From: Laetmonice hystrix
Taxonomy: Eukaryota
Assembly (NCBI GenBank): GCA_965235115.1
Contig: OZ249436.1
Coordinates: 4,962,001 to 5,026,000 of the forward strand
Reading direction: 5' to 3'
DNA length: 64,000 nucleotides
Position 1 is the stretch's first letter, and each line of letters starts with the position of its first letter. The notes under the pieces were generated by a model, which did no database searches, had not been told where the DNA came from, and saw only the letters and a program-made list of their open reading frames with translations. Position numbers and translations under genes: made by a program. This document shows positions 1-15,000 of this stretch, one piece after another.

Positions 1-3000
1 CTCCTTTGCTTGTTCGGTACTTGGCGATGGGATATCTAATATAGAAAAGGCGTACAACGTCATTTGCCATTGTTAACTAAACCTTGACGGCAAACAGTCA
101 TCAAACCTTGCAACGTTGTTGGACGCTTACAGATGGTCTGTAGGGGACACAGATTAGATTGGAGTAGATGATAGACCAAACGTATGGCCTGCCTCCTGGA
201 CAATAAAGGCATGGAAACATAAAACATGAGGCGTCCCTATACTACTGGCTACTCTTGTATTCAAGCAGACGGTACAGGAAGGCCAAACAGTACAGGGAGG
301 AATCGCTACAAGGTATACTGGCTTGCCTAGCACCCAAGCGAACACTACAGTGAGGCCGAACAGTACACTGTGGGGCCAAACAGTGTGGTAGGCCAACCAG
401 TAGAGTGAGAAGTCCCTACATCTTACCCGTTGGCCTCTCGTAGCCATGCAAAAACTACAGTGAGGTAGTATAAACGAAAGGTACAGGCGAGGAGCATCTA
501 ATGTTAAAATCTGGAGAAGATACTCGAATGTTAAGTGTACACATCACAACCATATATCTATAGCGAACGTACGAGACCTATACGTTTGACAGTTATACAT
601 CTGGCCTAAGAATCATAATTTTTGGGGACGTAGTTTCAATTCGACGTATCATTTTTCGCTTATCATTGCTTTAACCTGTCTCTCGCCTAAGAGCCACAGG
701 TGCCTGCCAGCCCGGCCAGGTGTACGTGGTGATTCCACCGTTGGCCGGAAGGCGGCAGTGCAGTCAGCCTCGCCGCCGCCGCTGCGCTGCACCCTGGTGT
801 TTTCTGCCTGCACCATCTCTGTGTAGTCCTTCTTTGCTTGTTCGTTACTTGGCGATGGGATATCTAATATAGAAAAGGCGTACAACGTCATTTGCCATTG
901 TTAACTAAACCTTGACGACAAACAGTCATCAAACCTTGCAACGTTGTTGGACGCTTACAGATGGTCTGTAGGGGACACAGATTAGATTGGAGTAGATGAT
1001 AGACCAAACGTATGGCCTGCCTCCTGGACAATAAAGGCATGAAAACATAAAACATGAGGCGTCCCTATACTACTGGCTACTCTTGTATTCAAGCAGACGG
1101 TACAGGAAGGCCAAACAGTACAGGGAGGAATCGCTACAAGGTATACTGGCTTGCCTAGCACCCAAGCGAACACTACAGTGAGGCCGAACAGTACACTGTG
1201 GGGCCAAACAGTGTGGTAGGCCAACCAGTAGAGTGAGAAGTCCCTACATCTTACCCGTTGGCCTCTCGTAGCCATGCAAAAACTATACAGTGAGGTAGTA
1301 TAAATGAAAGGTACAGGCGAGGAGCATCTAATGTTAAAATCTGGAGAAGATACTCGAATGTTAAGTGTACACATCACAACCATATATCTGTAGCGAACGT
1401 ACGAGACCTATACGTTTGACAGTTATACATCTGGCCTAAGAATAATAATTTTTGGGGGCGTAGTTTCAATTCGACGTATCATTTTTCGCTTATCATTGCT
1501 TTAACCTGTCTCTCGCCTAAGAGCCACAGGTGCCTGCCAGCCCGGCCAGGTGTACGTGGTGATTCCACCGTTGGCCGGAAGGCGGCAGTGCAGTCAGCCT
1601 CGCCGCCGCCGCTGCGCTGCACCCTGGTGTTTTCTGCCTGCACCATCTCTGTGTAATCCTCCTTTGCTTGTTCGTTACTTGGCGATGGGATATCTAATAT
1701 AGAAAAGGCGTACAACGTCATTTGCCATTGTTAACTAAACCTTGACGGCAAACAGTCATCAAACCTTGCAACGTTGTTGGACGCTTACAGATGGTCTGTA
1801 GGGGACACAGATTAGATTGGAGTAGATGATAGACCAAACGTATGGCCTGCCTCCTGGACAATAAAGGCATGGAAACATAAAACATGAGGCGTCCCTATAC
1901 TACTGGCTACTCTTGTATTCAAGCAGACGGTACAGGAAGGCCAAACAGTACAGGGAGGAATCGCTACAAGGTATACTGGCTTGCCTAGCACCCAAGCGAA
2001 CACTACAGTGAGGCCGAACAGTACACTGTGGGGCCAAACAGTGTGGTAGGCCAACCAGTAGAGTGAGAAGTCCCTACATCTTACCCGTTGGCCTCTCGTA
2101 GCCATGCAAAAACTACAGTGAGGTAGTATAAACGAAAGGTACAGGCGAGGAGCATCTAATGTTAAAATCTGGAGAAGATACTCGAATGTTAAGTGTACAC
2201 ATCACAACCATATATCTATAGCGAACGTACGAGACCTATACGTTTGACAGTTATACATCTGGCCTAAGAATCATAATTTTTGGGGACGTAGTTTCAATTC
2301 GACGTATCATTTTTCGCTTATCATTGCTTTAACCTGTCTCTCGCCTAAGAGCCACAGGTGCCTGCCAGCCCGGCCAGGTGTACGTGGTGATTCCACCGTT
2401 GGCCGGAAGGCGGCAGTGCAGTCAGCCTCGCCGCCGCCGCTGCGCTGCACCCTGGTGTTTTCTGCCTGCACCATCTCTGTGTAGTCCTTCTTTGCTTGTT
2501 CGTTACTTGGCGATGGGATATCTAATATAGAAAAGGCGTACAACGTCATTTGCCATTGTTAACTAAACCTTGACGACAAACAGTCATCAAACCTTGCAAC
2601 GTTGTTGGACGCTTACAGATGGTCTGTAGGGGACACAGATTAGATTGGAGTAGATGATAGACCAAACGTATGGCCTGCCTCCTGGACAATAAAGGCATGA
2701 AAACATAAAACATGAGGCGTCCCTATACTACTGGCTACTCTTGTATTCAAGCAGACGGTACAGGAAGGCCAAACAGTACAGGGAGGAATCGCTACAAGGT
2801 ATACTGGCTTGCCTAGCACCCAAGCGAACACTACAGTGAGGCCGAACAGTACACTGTGGGGCCAAACAGTGTGGTAGGCCAACCAGTAGAGTGAGAAGTC
2901 CCTACATCTTACCCGTTGGCCTCTCGTAGCCATGCAAAAACTATACAGTGAGGTAGTATAAATGAAAGGTACAGGCGAGGAGCATCTAATGTTAAAATCT

Positions 3001-6000
3001 GGAGAAGATACTCGAATGTTAAGTGTACACATCACAACCATATATCTGTAGCGAACGTACGAGACCTATACGTTTGACAGTTATACATCTGGCCTAAGAA
3101 TAATAATTTTTGGGGGCGTAGTTTCAATTCGACGTATCATTTTTCGCTTATCATTGCTTTAACCTGTCTCTCGCCTAAGAGCCACAGGTGCCTGCCAGCC
3201 CGGCCAGGTGTACGTGGTGATTCCACCGTTGGCCGGAAGGCGGCAGTGCAGTCAGCCTCGCCGCCGCCGCTGCGCTGCACCCTGGTGTTTTCTGCCTGCA
3301 CCATCTCTGTGTAATCCTCCTTTGCTTGTTCGTTACTTGGCGATGGGATATCTAATATAGAAAAGGCGTACAACGTCATTTGCCATTGTTAACTAAACCT
3401 TGACGGCAAACAGTCATCAAACCTTGCAACGTTGTTGGACGCTTACAGATGGTCTGTAGGGGACACAGATTAGATTGGAGTAGATGATAGACCAAACGTA
3501 TGGCCTGCCTCCTGGACAATAAAGGCATGGAAACATAAAACATGAGGCGTCCCTATACTACTGGCTACTCTTGTATTCAAGCAGACGGTACAGGAAGGCC
3601 AAACAGTACAGGGAGGAATCGCTACAAGGTATACTGGCTTGCCTAGCACCCAAGCGAACACTACAGTGAGGCCGAACAGTACACTGTGGGGCCAAACAGT
3701 GTGGTAGGCCAACCAGTAGAGTGAGAAGTCCCTACATCTTACCCGTTGGCCTCTCGTAGCCATGCAAAAACTACAGTGAGGTAGTATAAACGAAAGGTAC
3801 AGGCGAGGAGCATCTAATGTTAAAATCTGGAGAAGATACTCGAATGTTAAGTGTACACATCACAACCATATATCTATAGCGAACGTACGAGACCTATACG
3901 TTTGACAGTTATACATCTGGCCTAAGAATCATAATTTTTGGGGACGTAGTTTCAATTCGACGTATCATTTTTCGCTTATCATTGCTTTAACCTGTCTCTC
4001 GCCTAAGAGCCACAGGTGCCTGCCAGCCCGGCCAGGTGTACGTGGTGATTCCACCGTTGGCCGGAAGGCGGCAGTGCAGTCAGCCTCGCCGCCGCCGCTG
4101 CGCTGCACCCTGGTGTTTTCTGCCTGCACCATCTCTGTGTAGTCCTTCTTTGCTTGTTCGTTACTTGGCGATGGGATATCTAATATAGAAAAGGCGTACA
4201 ACGTCATTTGCCATTGTTAACTAAACCTTGACGACAAACAGTCATCAAACCTTGCAACGTTGTTGGACGCTTACAGATGGTCTGTAGGGGACACAGATTA
4301 GATTGGAGTAGATGATAGACCAAACGTATGGCCTGCCTCCTGGACAATAAAGGCATGAAAACATAAAACATGAGGCGTCCCTATACTACTGGCTACTCTT
4401 GTATTCAAGCAGACGGTACAGGAAGGAAAAAACAGTACAGGGAGGAATCGCTACAAGGTATACTGGCTTGCCTAGCACCCAAGCGAACACTACAGTGAGG
4501 CCGAACAGTACACTGTGGGGCCAAACAGTGTGGTAGGCCAACCAGTAGAGTGAGAAGTCCCTACATCTTACCCGTTGGCCTCTCGTAGCCATGCAAAAAC
4601 TATACAGTGAGGTAGTATAAATGAAAGGTACAGGCGAGGAGCATCTAATGTTAAAATCTGGAGAAGATACTCGAATGTTAAGTGTACACATCACAACCAT
4701 ATATCTGTAGCGAACGTACGAGACCTATACGTTTGACAGTTATACATCTGGCCTAAGAATAATAATTTTTGGGGGCGTAGTTTCAATTCGACGTATCATT
4801 TTTCGCTTATCATTGCTTTAACCTGTCTCTCGCCTAAGAGCCACAGGTGCCTGCCAGCCCGGCCAGGTGTACGTGGTGATTCCACCGTTGGCCGGAAGGC
4901 GGCAGTGCAGTCAGCCTCGCCGCCGCCGCTGCGCTGCACCCTGGTGTTTTCTGCCTGCACCATCTCTGTGTAATCCTCCTTTGCTTGTTCGTTACTTGGC
5001 GATGGGATATCTAATATAGAAAAGGCGTACAACGTCATTTGCCATTGTTAACTAAACCTTGACGGCAAACAGTCATCAAACCTTGCAACGTTGTTGGACG
5101 CTTACAGATGGTCTGTAGGGGACACAGATTAGATTGGAGTAGATGATAGACCAAACGTATGGCCTGCCTCCTGGACAATAAAGGCATGGAAACATAAAAC
5201 ATGAGGCGTCCCTATACTACTGGCTACTCTTGTATTCAAGCAGACGGTACAGGAAGGCCAAACAGTACAGGGAGGAATCGCTACAAGGTATACTGGCTTG
5301 CCTAGCACCCAAGCGAACACTACAGTGAGGCCGAACAGTACACTGTGGGGCCAAACAGTGTGGTAGGCCAACCAGTAGAGTGAGAAGTCCCTACATCTTA
5401 CCCGTTGGCCTCTCGTAGCCATGCAAAAACTACAGTGAGGTAGTATAAACGAAAGGTACAGGCGAGGAGCATCTAATGTTAAAATCTGGAGAAGATACTC
5501 GAATGTTAAGTGTACACATCACAACCATATATCTATAGCGAACGTACGAGACCTATACGTTTGACAGTTATACATCTGGCCTAAGAATCATAATTTTTGG
5601 GGACGTAGTTTCAATTCGACGTATCATTTTTCGCTTATCATTGCTTTAACCTGTCTCTCGCCTAAGAGCCACAGGTGCCTGCCAGCCCGGCCAGGTGTAC
5701 GTGGTGATTCCACCGTTGGCCGGAAGGCGGCAGTGCAGTCAGCCTCGCCGCCGCCGCTGCGCTGCACCCTGGTGTTTTCTGCCTGCACCATCTCTGTGTA
5801 ATCCTTCTTTGCTTGTTCGTTACTTGGCGATGGGATATCTAATATAGAAAAGGCGTACAACGTCATTTGCCATTGTTAACTAAACCTTGACGGCAAACAG
5901 TCATCAAACCTTGCAACGTTGTTGGACGCTTACAGATGGTCTGTAGGGGACACAGATTAGATTGGAGTAGATGATAGACCAAACGTATGGCCTGCCTCCT

Positions 6001-9000
6001 GGACAATAAAGGCATGGAAACATAAAACATGAGGCGTCCCTATACTACTGGCTACTCTTGTATTCAAGCAGACGGTACAGGAAGGCCAAACAGTACAGGG
6101 AGGAATCGCTACAAGGTATACTGGCTTGCCTAGCACCCAAGCGAACACTACAGTGAGGCCGAACAGTACACTGTGGGGCCAAACAGTGTGGTAGGCCAAC
6201 CAGTAGAGTGAGAAGTCCCTACATCTTACCCGTTGGCCTCTCGTAGCCATGCAAAAACTACAGTGAGGTAGTATAAACGAAAGGTACAGGCGAGGAGCAT
6301 CTAATGTTAAAATCTGGAGAAGATACTCGAATGTTAAGTGTACACATCACAACCATATATCTATAGCGAACGTACGAGACCTATACGTTTGACAGTTATA
6401 CATCTGGCCTAAGAATCATAATTTTTGGGGACGTAGTTTCAATTCGACGTATCATTTTTCGCTTATCATTGCTTTAACCTGTCTCTCGCCTAAGAGCCAC
6501 AGGTGCCTGCCAGCCCGGCCAGGTGTACGTGGTGATTCCACCGTTGGCCGGAAGGCGGCAGTGCAGTCAGCCTCGCCGCCGCCGCTGCGCTGCACCCTGG
6601 TGTTTTCTGCCTGCACCATCTCTGTGTAGTCCTTCTTTGCTTGTTCGTTACTTGGCGATGGGATATCTAATATAGAAAAGGCGTACAACGTCATTTGCCA
6701 TTGTTAACTAAACCTTGACGACAAACAGTCATCAAACCTTGCAACGTTGTTGGACGCTTACAGATGGTCTGTAGGGGACACAGATTAGATTGGAGTAGAT
6801 GATAGACCAAACGTATGGCCTGCCTCCTGGACAATAAAGGCATGAAAACATAAAACATGAGGCGTCCCTATACTACTGGCTACTCTTGTATTCAAGCAGA
6901 CGGTACAGGAAGGCCAAACAGTACAGGGAGGAATCGCTACAAGGTATACTGGCTTGCCTAGCACCCAAGCGAACACTACAGTGAGGCCGAACAGTACACT
7001 GTGGGGCCAAACAGTGTGGTAGGCCAACCAGTAGAGTGAGAAGTCCCTACATCTTACCCGTTGGCCTCTCGTAGCCATGCAAAAACTATACAGTGAGGTA
7101 GTATAAATGAAAGGTACAGGCGAGGAGCATCTAATGTTAAAATCTGGAGAAGATACTCGAATGTTAAGTGTACACATCACAACCATATATCTGTAGCGAA
7201 CGTACGAGACCTATACGTTTGACAGTTATACATCTGGCCTAAGAATAATAATTTTTGGGGGCGTAGTTTCAATTCGACGTATCATTTTTCGCTTATCATT
7301 GCTTTAACCTGTCTCTCGCCTAAGAGCCACAGGTGCCTGCCAGCCCGGCCAGGTGTACGTGGTGATTCCACCGTTGGCCGGAAGGCGGCAGTGCAGTCAG
7401 CCTCGCCGCCGCCGCTGCGCTGCACCCTGGTGTTTTCTGCCTGCACCATCTCTGTGTAATCCTCCTTTGCTTGTTCGTTACTTGGCGATGGGATATCTAA
7501 TATAGAAAAGGCGTACAACGTCATTTGCCATTGTTAACTAAACCTTGACGGCAAACAGTCATCAAACCTTGCAACGTTGTTGGACGCTTACAGATGGTCT
7601 GTAGGGGACACAGATTAGATTGGAGTAGATGATAGACCAAACGTATGGCCTGCCTCCTGGACAATAAAGGCATGGAAACATAAAACATGAGGCGTCCCTA
7701 TACTACTGGCTACTCTTGTATTCAAGCAGACGGTACAGGAAGGCCAAACAGTACAGGGAGGAATCGCTACAAGGTATACTGGCTTGCCTAGCACCCAAGC
7801 GAACACTACAGTGAGGCCGAACAGTACACTGTGGGGCCAAACAGTGTGGTAGGCCAACCAGTAGAGTGAGAAGTCCCTACATCTTACCCGTTGGCCTCTC
7901 GTAGCCATGCAAAAACTACAGTGAGGTAGTATAAACGAAAGGTACAGGCGAGGAGCATCTAATGTTAAAATCTGGAGAAGATACTCGAATGTTAAGTGTA
8001 CACATCACAACCATATATCTATAGCGAACGTACGAGACCTATACGTTTGACAGTTATACATCTGGCCTAAGAATCATAATTTTTGGGGACGTAGTTTCAA
8101 TTCGACGTATCATTTTTCGCTTATCATTGCTTTAACCTGTCTCTCGCCTAAGAGCCACAGGTGCCTGCCAGCCCGGCCAGGTGTACGTGGTGATTCCACC
8201 GTTGGCCGGAAGGCGGCAGTGCAGTCAGCCTCGCCGCCGCCGCTGCGCTGCACCCTGGTGTTTTCTGCCTGCACCATCTCTGTGTAGTCCTTCTTTGCTT
8301 GTTCGTTACTTGGCGATGGGATATCTAATATAGAAAAGGCGTACAACGTCATTTGCCATTGTTAACTAAACCTTGACGACAAACAGTCATCAAACCTTGC
8401 AACGTTGTTGGACGCTTACAGATGGTCTGTAGGGGACACAGATTAGATTGGAGTAGATGATAGACCAAACGTATGGCCTGCCTCCTGGACAATAAAGGCA
8501 TGAAAACATAAAACATGAGGCGTCCCTATACTACTGGCTACTCTTGTATTCAAGCAGACGGTACAGGAAGGAAAAAACAGTACAGGGAGGAATCGCTACA
8601 AGGTATACTGGCTTGCCTAGCACCCAAGCGAACACTACAGTGAGGCCGAACAGTACACTGTGGGGCCAAACAGTGTGGTAGGCCAACCAGTAGAGTGAGA
8701 AGTCCCTACATCTTACCCGTTGGCCTCTCGTAGCCATGCAAAAACTATACAGTGAGGTAGTATAAATGAAAGGTACAGGCGAGGAGCATCTAATGTTAAA
8801 ATCTGGAGAAGATACTCGAATGTTAAGTGTACACATCACAACCATATATCTGTAGCGAACGTACGAGACCTATACGTTTGACAGTTATACATCTGGCCTA
8901 AGAATAATAATTTTTGGGGGCGTAGTTTCAATTCGACGTATCATTTTTCGCTTATCATTGCTTTAACCTGTCTCTCGCCTAAGAGCCACAGGTGCCTGCC

Positions 9001-12000
9001 AGCCCGGCCAGGTGTACGTGGTGATTCCACCGTTGGCCGGAAGGCGGCAGTGCAGTCAGCCTCGCCGCCGCCGCTGCGCTGCACCCTGGTGTTTTCTGCC
9101 TGCACCATCTCTGTGTAATCCTCCTTTGCTTGTTCGTTACTTGGCGATGGGATATCTAATATAGAAAAGGCGTACAACGTCATTTGCCATTGTTAACTAA
9201 ACCTTGACGGCAAACAGTCATCAAACCTTGCAACGTTGTTGGACGCTTACAGATGGTCTGTAGGGGACACAGATTAGATTGGAGTAGATGATAGACCAAA
9301 CGTATGGCCTGCCTCCTGGACAATAAAGGCATGGAAACATAAAACATGAGGCGTCCCTATACTACTGGCTACTCTTGTATTCAAGCAGACGGTACAGGAA
9401 GGCCAAACAGTACAGGGAGGAATCGCTACAAGGTATACTGGCTTGCCTAGCACCCAAGCGAACACTACAGTGAGGCCGAACAGTACACTGTGGGGCCAAA
9501 CAGTGTGGTAGGCCAACCAGTAGAGTGAGAAGTCCCTACATCTTACCCGTTGGCCTCTCGTAGCCATGCAAAAACTACAGTGAGGTAGTATAAACGAAAG
9601 GTACAGGCGAGGAGCATCTAATGTTAAAATCTGGAGAAGATACTCGAATGTTAAGTGTACACATCACAACCATATATCTATAGCGAACGTACGAGACCTA
9701 TACGTTTGACAGTTATACATCTGGCCTAAGAATCATAATTTTTGGGGACGTAGTTTCAATTCGACGTATCATTTTTCGCTTATCATTGCTTTAACCTGTC
9801 TCTCGCCTAAGAGCCACAGGTGCCTGCCAGCCCGGCCAGGTGTACGTGGTGATTCCACCGTTGGCCGGAAGGCGGCAGTGCAGTCAGCCTCGCCGCCGCC
9901 GCTGCGCTGCACCCTGGTGTTTTCTGCCTGCACCATCTCTGTGTAATCCTTCTTTGCTTGTTCGTTACTTGGCGATGGGATATCTAATATAGAAAAGGCG
10001 TACAACGTCATTTGCCATTGTTAACTAAACCTTGACGGCAAACAGTCATCAAACCTTGCAACGTTGTTGGACGCTTACAGATGGTCTGTAGGGGACACAG
10101 ATTAGATTGGAGTAGATGATAGACCAAACGTATGGCCTGCCTCCTGGACAATAAAGGCATGGAAACATAAAACATGAGGCGTCCCTATACTACTGGCTAC
10201 TCTTGTATTCAAGCAGACGGTACAGGAAGGCCAAACAGTACAGGGAGGAATCGCTACAAGGTATACTGGCTTGCCTAGCACCCAAGCGAACACTACAGTG
10301 AGGCCGAACAGTACACTGTGGGGCCAAACAGTGTGGTAGGCCAACCAGTAGAGTGAGAAGTCCCTACATCTTACCCGTTGGCCTCTCGTAGCCATGCAAA
10401 AACTACAGTGAGGTAGTATAAACGAAAGGTACAGGCGAGGAGCATCTAATGTTAAAATCTGGAGAAGATACTCGAATGTTAAGTGTACACATCACAACCA
10501 TATATCTATAGCGAACGTACGAGACCTATACGTTTGACAGTTATACATCTGGCCTAAGAATCATAATTTTTGGGGACGTAGTTTCAATTCGACGTATCAT
10601 TTTTCGCTTATCATTGCTTTAACCTGTCTCTCGCCTAAGAGCCACAGGTGCCTGCCAGCCCGGCCAGGTGTACGTGGTGATTCCACCGTTGGCCGGAAGG
10701 CGGCAGTGCAGTCAGCCTCGCCGCCGCCGCTGCGCTGCACCCTGGTGTTTTCTGCCTGCACCATCTCTGTGTAGTCCTTCTTTGCTTGTTCGTTACTTGG
10801 CGATGGGATATCTAATATAGAAAAGGCGTACAACGTCATTTGCCATTGTTAACTAAACCTTGACGACAAACAGTCATCAAACCTTGCAACGTTGTTGGAC
10901 GCTTACAGATGGTCTGTAGGGGACACAGATTAGATTGGAGTAGATGATAGACCAAACGTATGGCCTGCCTCCTGGACAATAAAGGCATGAAAACATAAAA
11001 CATGAGGCGTCCCTATACTACTGGCTACTCTTGTATTCAAGCAGACGGTACAGGAAGGCCAAACAGTACAGGGAGGAATCGCTACAAGGTATACTGGCTT
11101 GCCTAGCACCCAAGCGAACACTACAGTGAGGCCGAACAGTACACTGTGGGGCCAAACAGTGTGGTAGGCCAACCAGTAGAGTGAGAAGTCCCTACATCTT
11201 ACCCGTTGGCCTCTCGTAGCCATGCAAAAACTATACAGTGAGGTAGTATAAATGAAAGGTACAGGCGAGGAGCATCTAATGTTAAAATCTGGAGAAGATA
11301 CTCGAATGTTAAGTGTACACATCACAACCATATATCTGTAGCGAACGTACGAGACCTATACGTTTGACAGTTATACATCTGGCCTAAGAATAATAATTTT
11401 TGGGGGCGTAGTTTCAATTCGACGTATCATTTTTCGCTTATCATTGCTTTAACCTGTCTCTCGCCTAAGAGCCACAGGTGCCTGCCAGCCCGGCCAGGTG
11501 TACGTGGTGATTCCACCGTTGGCCGGAAGGCGGCAGTGCAGTCAGCCTCGCCGCCGCCGCTGCGCTGCACCCTGGTGTTTTCTGCCTGCACCATCTCTGT
11601 GTAATCCTCCTTTGCTTGTTCGTTACTTGGCGATGGGATATCTAATATAGAAAAGGCGTACAACGTCATTTGCCATTGTTAACTAAACCTTGACGGCAAA
11701 CAGTCATCAAACCTTGCAACGTTGTTGGACGCTTACAGATGGTCTGTAGGGGACACAGATTAGATTGGAGTAGATGATAGACCAAACGTATGGCCTGCCT
11801 CCTGGACAATAAAGGCATGGAAACATAAAACATGAGGCGTCCCTATACTACTGGCTACTCTTGTATTCAAGCAGACGGTACAGGAAGGCCAAACAGTACA
11901 GGGAGGAATCGCTACAAGGTATACTGGCTTGCCTAGCACCCAAGCGAACACTACAGTGAGGCCGAACAGTACACTGTGGGGCCAAACAGTGTGGTAGGCC

Positions 12001-15000
12001 AACCAGTAGAGTGAGAAGTCCCTACATCTTACCCGTTGGCCTCTCGTAGCCATGCAAAAACTACAGTGAGGTAGTATAAACGAAAGGTACAGGCGAGGAG
12101 CATCTAATGTTAAAATCTGGAGAAGATACTCGAATGTTAAGTGTACACATCACAACCATATATCTATAGCGAACGTACGAGACCTATACGTTTGACAGTT
12201 ATACATCTGGCCTAAGAATCATAATTTTTGGGGACGTAGTTTCAATTCGACGTATCATTTTTCGCTTATCATTGCTTTAACCTGTCTCTCGCCTAAGAGC
12301 CACAGGTGCCTGCCAGCCCGGCCAGGTGTACGTGGTGATTCCACCGTTGGCCGGAAGGCGGCAGTGCAGTCAGCCTCGCCGCCGCCGCTGCGCTGCACCC
12401 TGGTGTTTTCTGCCTGCACCATCTCTGTGTAATCCTTCTTTGCTTGTTCGTTACTTGGCGATGGGATATCTAATATAGAAAAGGCGTACAACGTCATTTG
12501 CCATTGTTAACTAAACCTTGACGGCAAACAGTCATCAAACCTTGCAACGTTGTTGGACGCTTACAGATGGTCTGTAGGGGACACAGATTAGATTGGAGTA
12601 GATGATAGACCAAACGTATGGCCTGCCTCCTGGACAATAAAGGCATGGAAACATAAAACATGAGGCGTCCCTATACTACTGGCTACTCTTGTATTCAAGC
12701 AGACGGTACAGGAAGGCCAAACAGTACAGGGAGGAATCGCTACAAGGTATACTGGCTTGCCTAGCACCCAAGCGAACACTACAGTGAGGCCGAACAGTAC
12801 ACTGTGGGGCCAAACAGTGTGGTAGGCCAACCAGTAGAGTGAGAAGTCCCTACATCTTACCCGTTGGCCTCTCGTAGCCATGCAAAAACTACAGTGAGGT
12901 AGTATAAACGAAAGGTACAGGCGAGGAGCATCTAATGTTAAAATCTGGAGAAGATACTCGAATGTTAAGTGTACACATCACAACCATATATCTATAGCGA
13001 ACGTACGAGACCTATACGTTTGACAGTTATACATCTGGCCTAAGAATCATAATTTTTGGGGACGTAGTTTCAATTCGACGTATCATTTTTCGCTTATCAT
13101 TGCTTTAACCTGTCTCTCGCCTAAGAGCCACAGGTGCCTGCCAGCCCGGCCAGGTGTACGTGGTGATTCCACCGTTGGCCGGAAGGCGGCAGTGCAGTCA
13201 GCCTCGCCGCCGCCGCTGCGCTGCACCCTGGTGTTTTCTGCCTGCACCATCTCTGTGTAGTCCTTCTTTGCTTGTTCGTTACTTGGCGATGGGATATCTA
13301 ATATAGAAAAGGCGTACAACGTCATTTGCCATTGTTAACTAAACCTTGACGACAAACAGTCATCAAACCTTGCAACGTTGTTGGACGCTTACAGATGGTC
13401 TGTAGGGGACACAGATTAGATTGGAGTAGATGATAGACCAAACGTATGGCCTGCCTCCTGGACAATAAAGGCATGAAAACATAAAACATGAGGCGTCCCT
13501 ATACTACTGGCTACTCTTGTATTCAAGCAGACGGTACAGGAAGGCCAAACAGTACAGGGAGGAATCGCTACAAGGTATACTGGCTTGCCTAGCACCCAAG
13601 CGAACACTACAGTGAGGCCGAACAGTACACTGTGGGGCCAAACAGTGTGGTAGGCCAACCAGTAGAGTGAGAAGTCCCTACATCTTACCCGTTGGCCTCT
13701 CGTAGCCATGCAAAAACTATACAGTGAGGTAGTATAAATGAAAGGTACAGGCGAGGAGCATCTAATGTTAAAATCTGGAGAAGATACTCGAATGTTAAGT
13801 GTACACATCACAACCATATATCTGTAGCGAACGTACGAGACCTATACGTTTGACAGTTATACATCTGGCCTAAGAATAATAATTTTTGGGGGCGTAGTTT
13901 CAATTCGACGTATCATTTTTCGCTTATCATTGCTTTAACCTGTCTCTCGCCTAAGAGCCACAGGTGCCTGCCAGCCCGGCCAGGTGTACGTGGTGATTCC
14001 ACCGTTGGCCGGAAGGCGGCAGTGCAGTCAGCCTCGCCGCCGCCGCTGCGCTGCACCCTGGTGTTTTCTGCCTGCACCATCTCTGTGTAATCCTCCTTTG
14101 CTTGTTCGTTACTTGGCGATGGGATATCTAATATAGAAAAGGCGTACAACGTCATTTGCCATTGTTAACTAAACCTTGACGGCAAACAGTCATCAAACCT
14201 TGCAACGTTGTTGGACGCTTACAGATGGTCTGTAGGGGACACAGATTAGATTGGAGTAGATGATAGACCAAACGTATGGCCTGCCTCCTGGACAATAAAG
14301 GCATGGAAACATAAAACATGAGGCGTCCCTATACTACTGGCTACTCTTGTATTCAAGCAGACGGTACAGGAAGGCCAAACAGTACAGGGAGGAATCGCTA
14401 CAAGGTATACTGGCTTGCCTAGCACCCAAGCGAACACTACAGTGAGGCCGAACAGTACACTGTGGGGCCAAACAGTGTGGTAGGCCAACCAGTAGAGTGA
14501 GAAGTCCCTACATCTTACCCGTTGGCCTCTCGTAGCCATGCAAAAACTACAGTGAGGTAGTATAAACGAAAGGTACAGGCGAGGAGCATCTAATGTTAAA
14601 ATCTGGAGAAGATACTCGAATGTTAAGTGTACACATCACAACCATATATCTATAGCGAACGTACGAGACCTATACGTTTGACAGTTATACATCTGGCCTA
14701 AGAATCATAATTTTTGGGGACGTAGTTTCAATTCGACGTATCATTTTTCGCTTATCATTGCTTTAACCTGTCTCTCGCCTAAGAGCCACAGGTGCCTGCC
14801 AGCCCGGCCAGGTGTACGTGGTGATTCCACCGTTGGCCGGAAGGCGGCAGTGCAGTCAGCCTCGCCGCCGCCGCTGCGCTGCACCCTGGTGTTTTCTGCC
14901 TGCACCATCTCTGTGTAGTCCTTCTTTGCTTGTTCGTTACTTGGCGATGGGATATCTAATATAGAAAAGGCGTACAACGTCATTTGCCATTGTTAACTAA

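Noticed and set aside
612..650. snRNA or SL RNA based on the Sm-like AATTTTTGG
   Set aside because: No U1, U2, U4, U5 or SL hallmark sequences were found, and the motif is mutated in several edge units.
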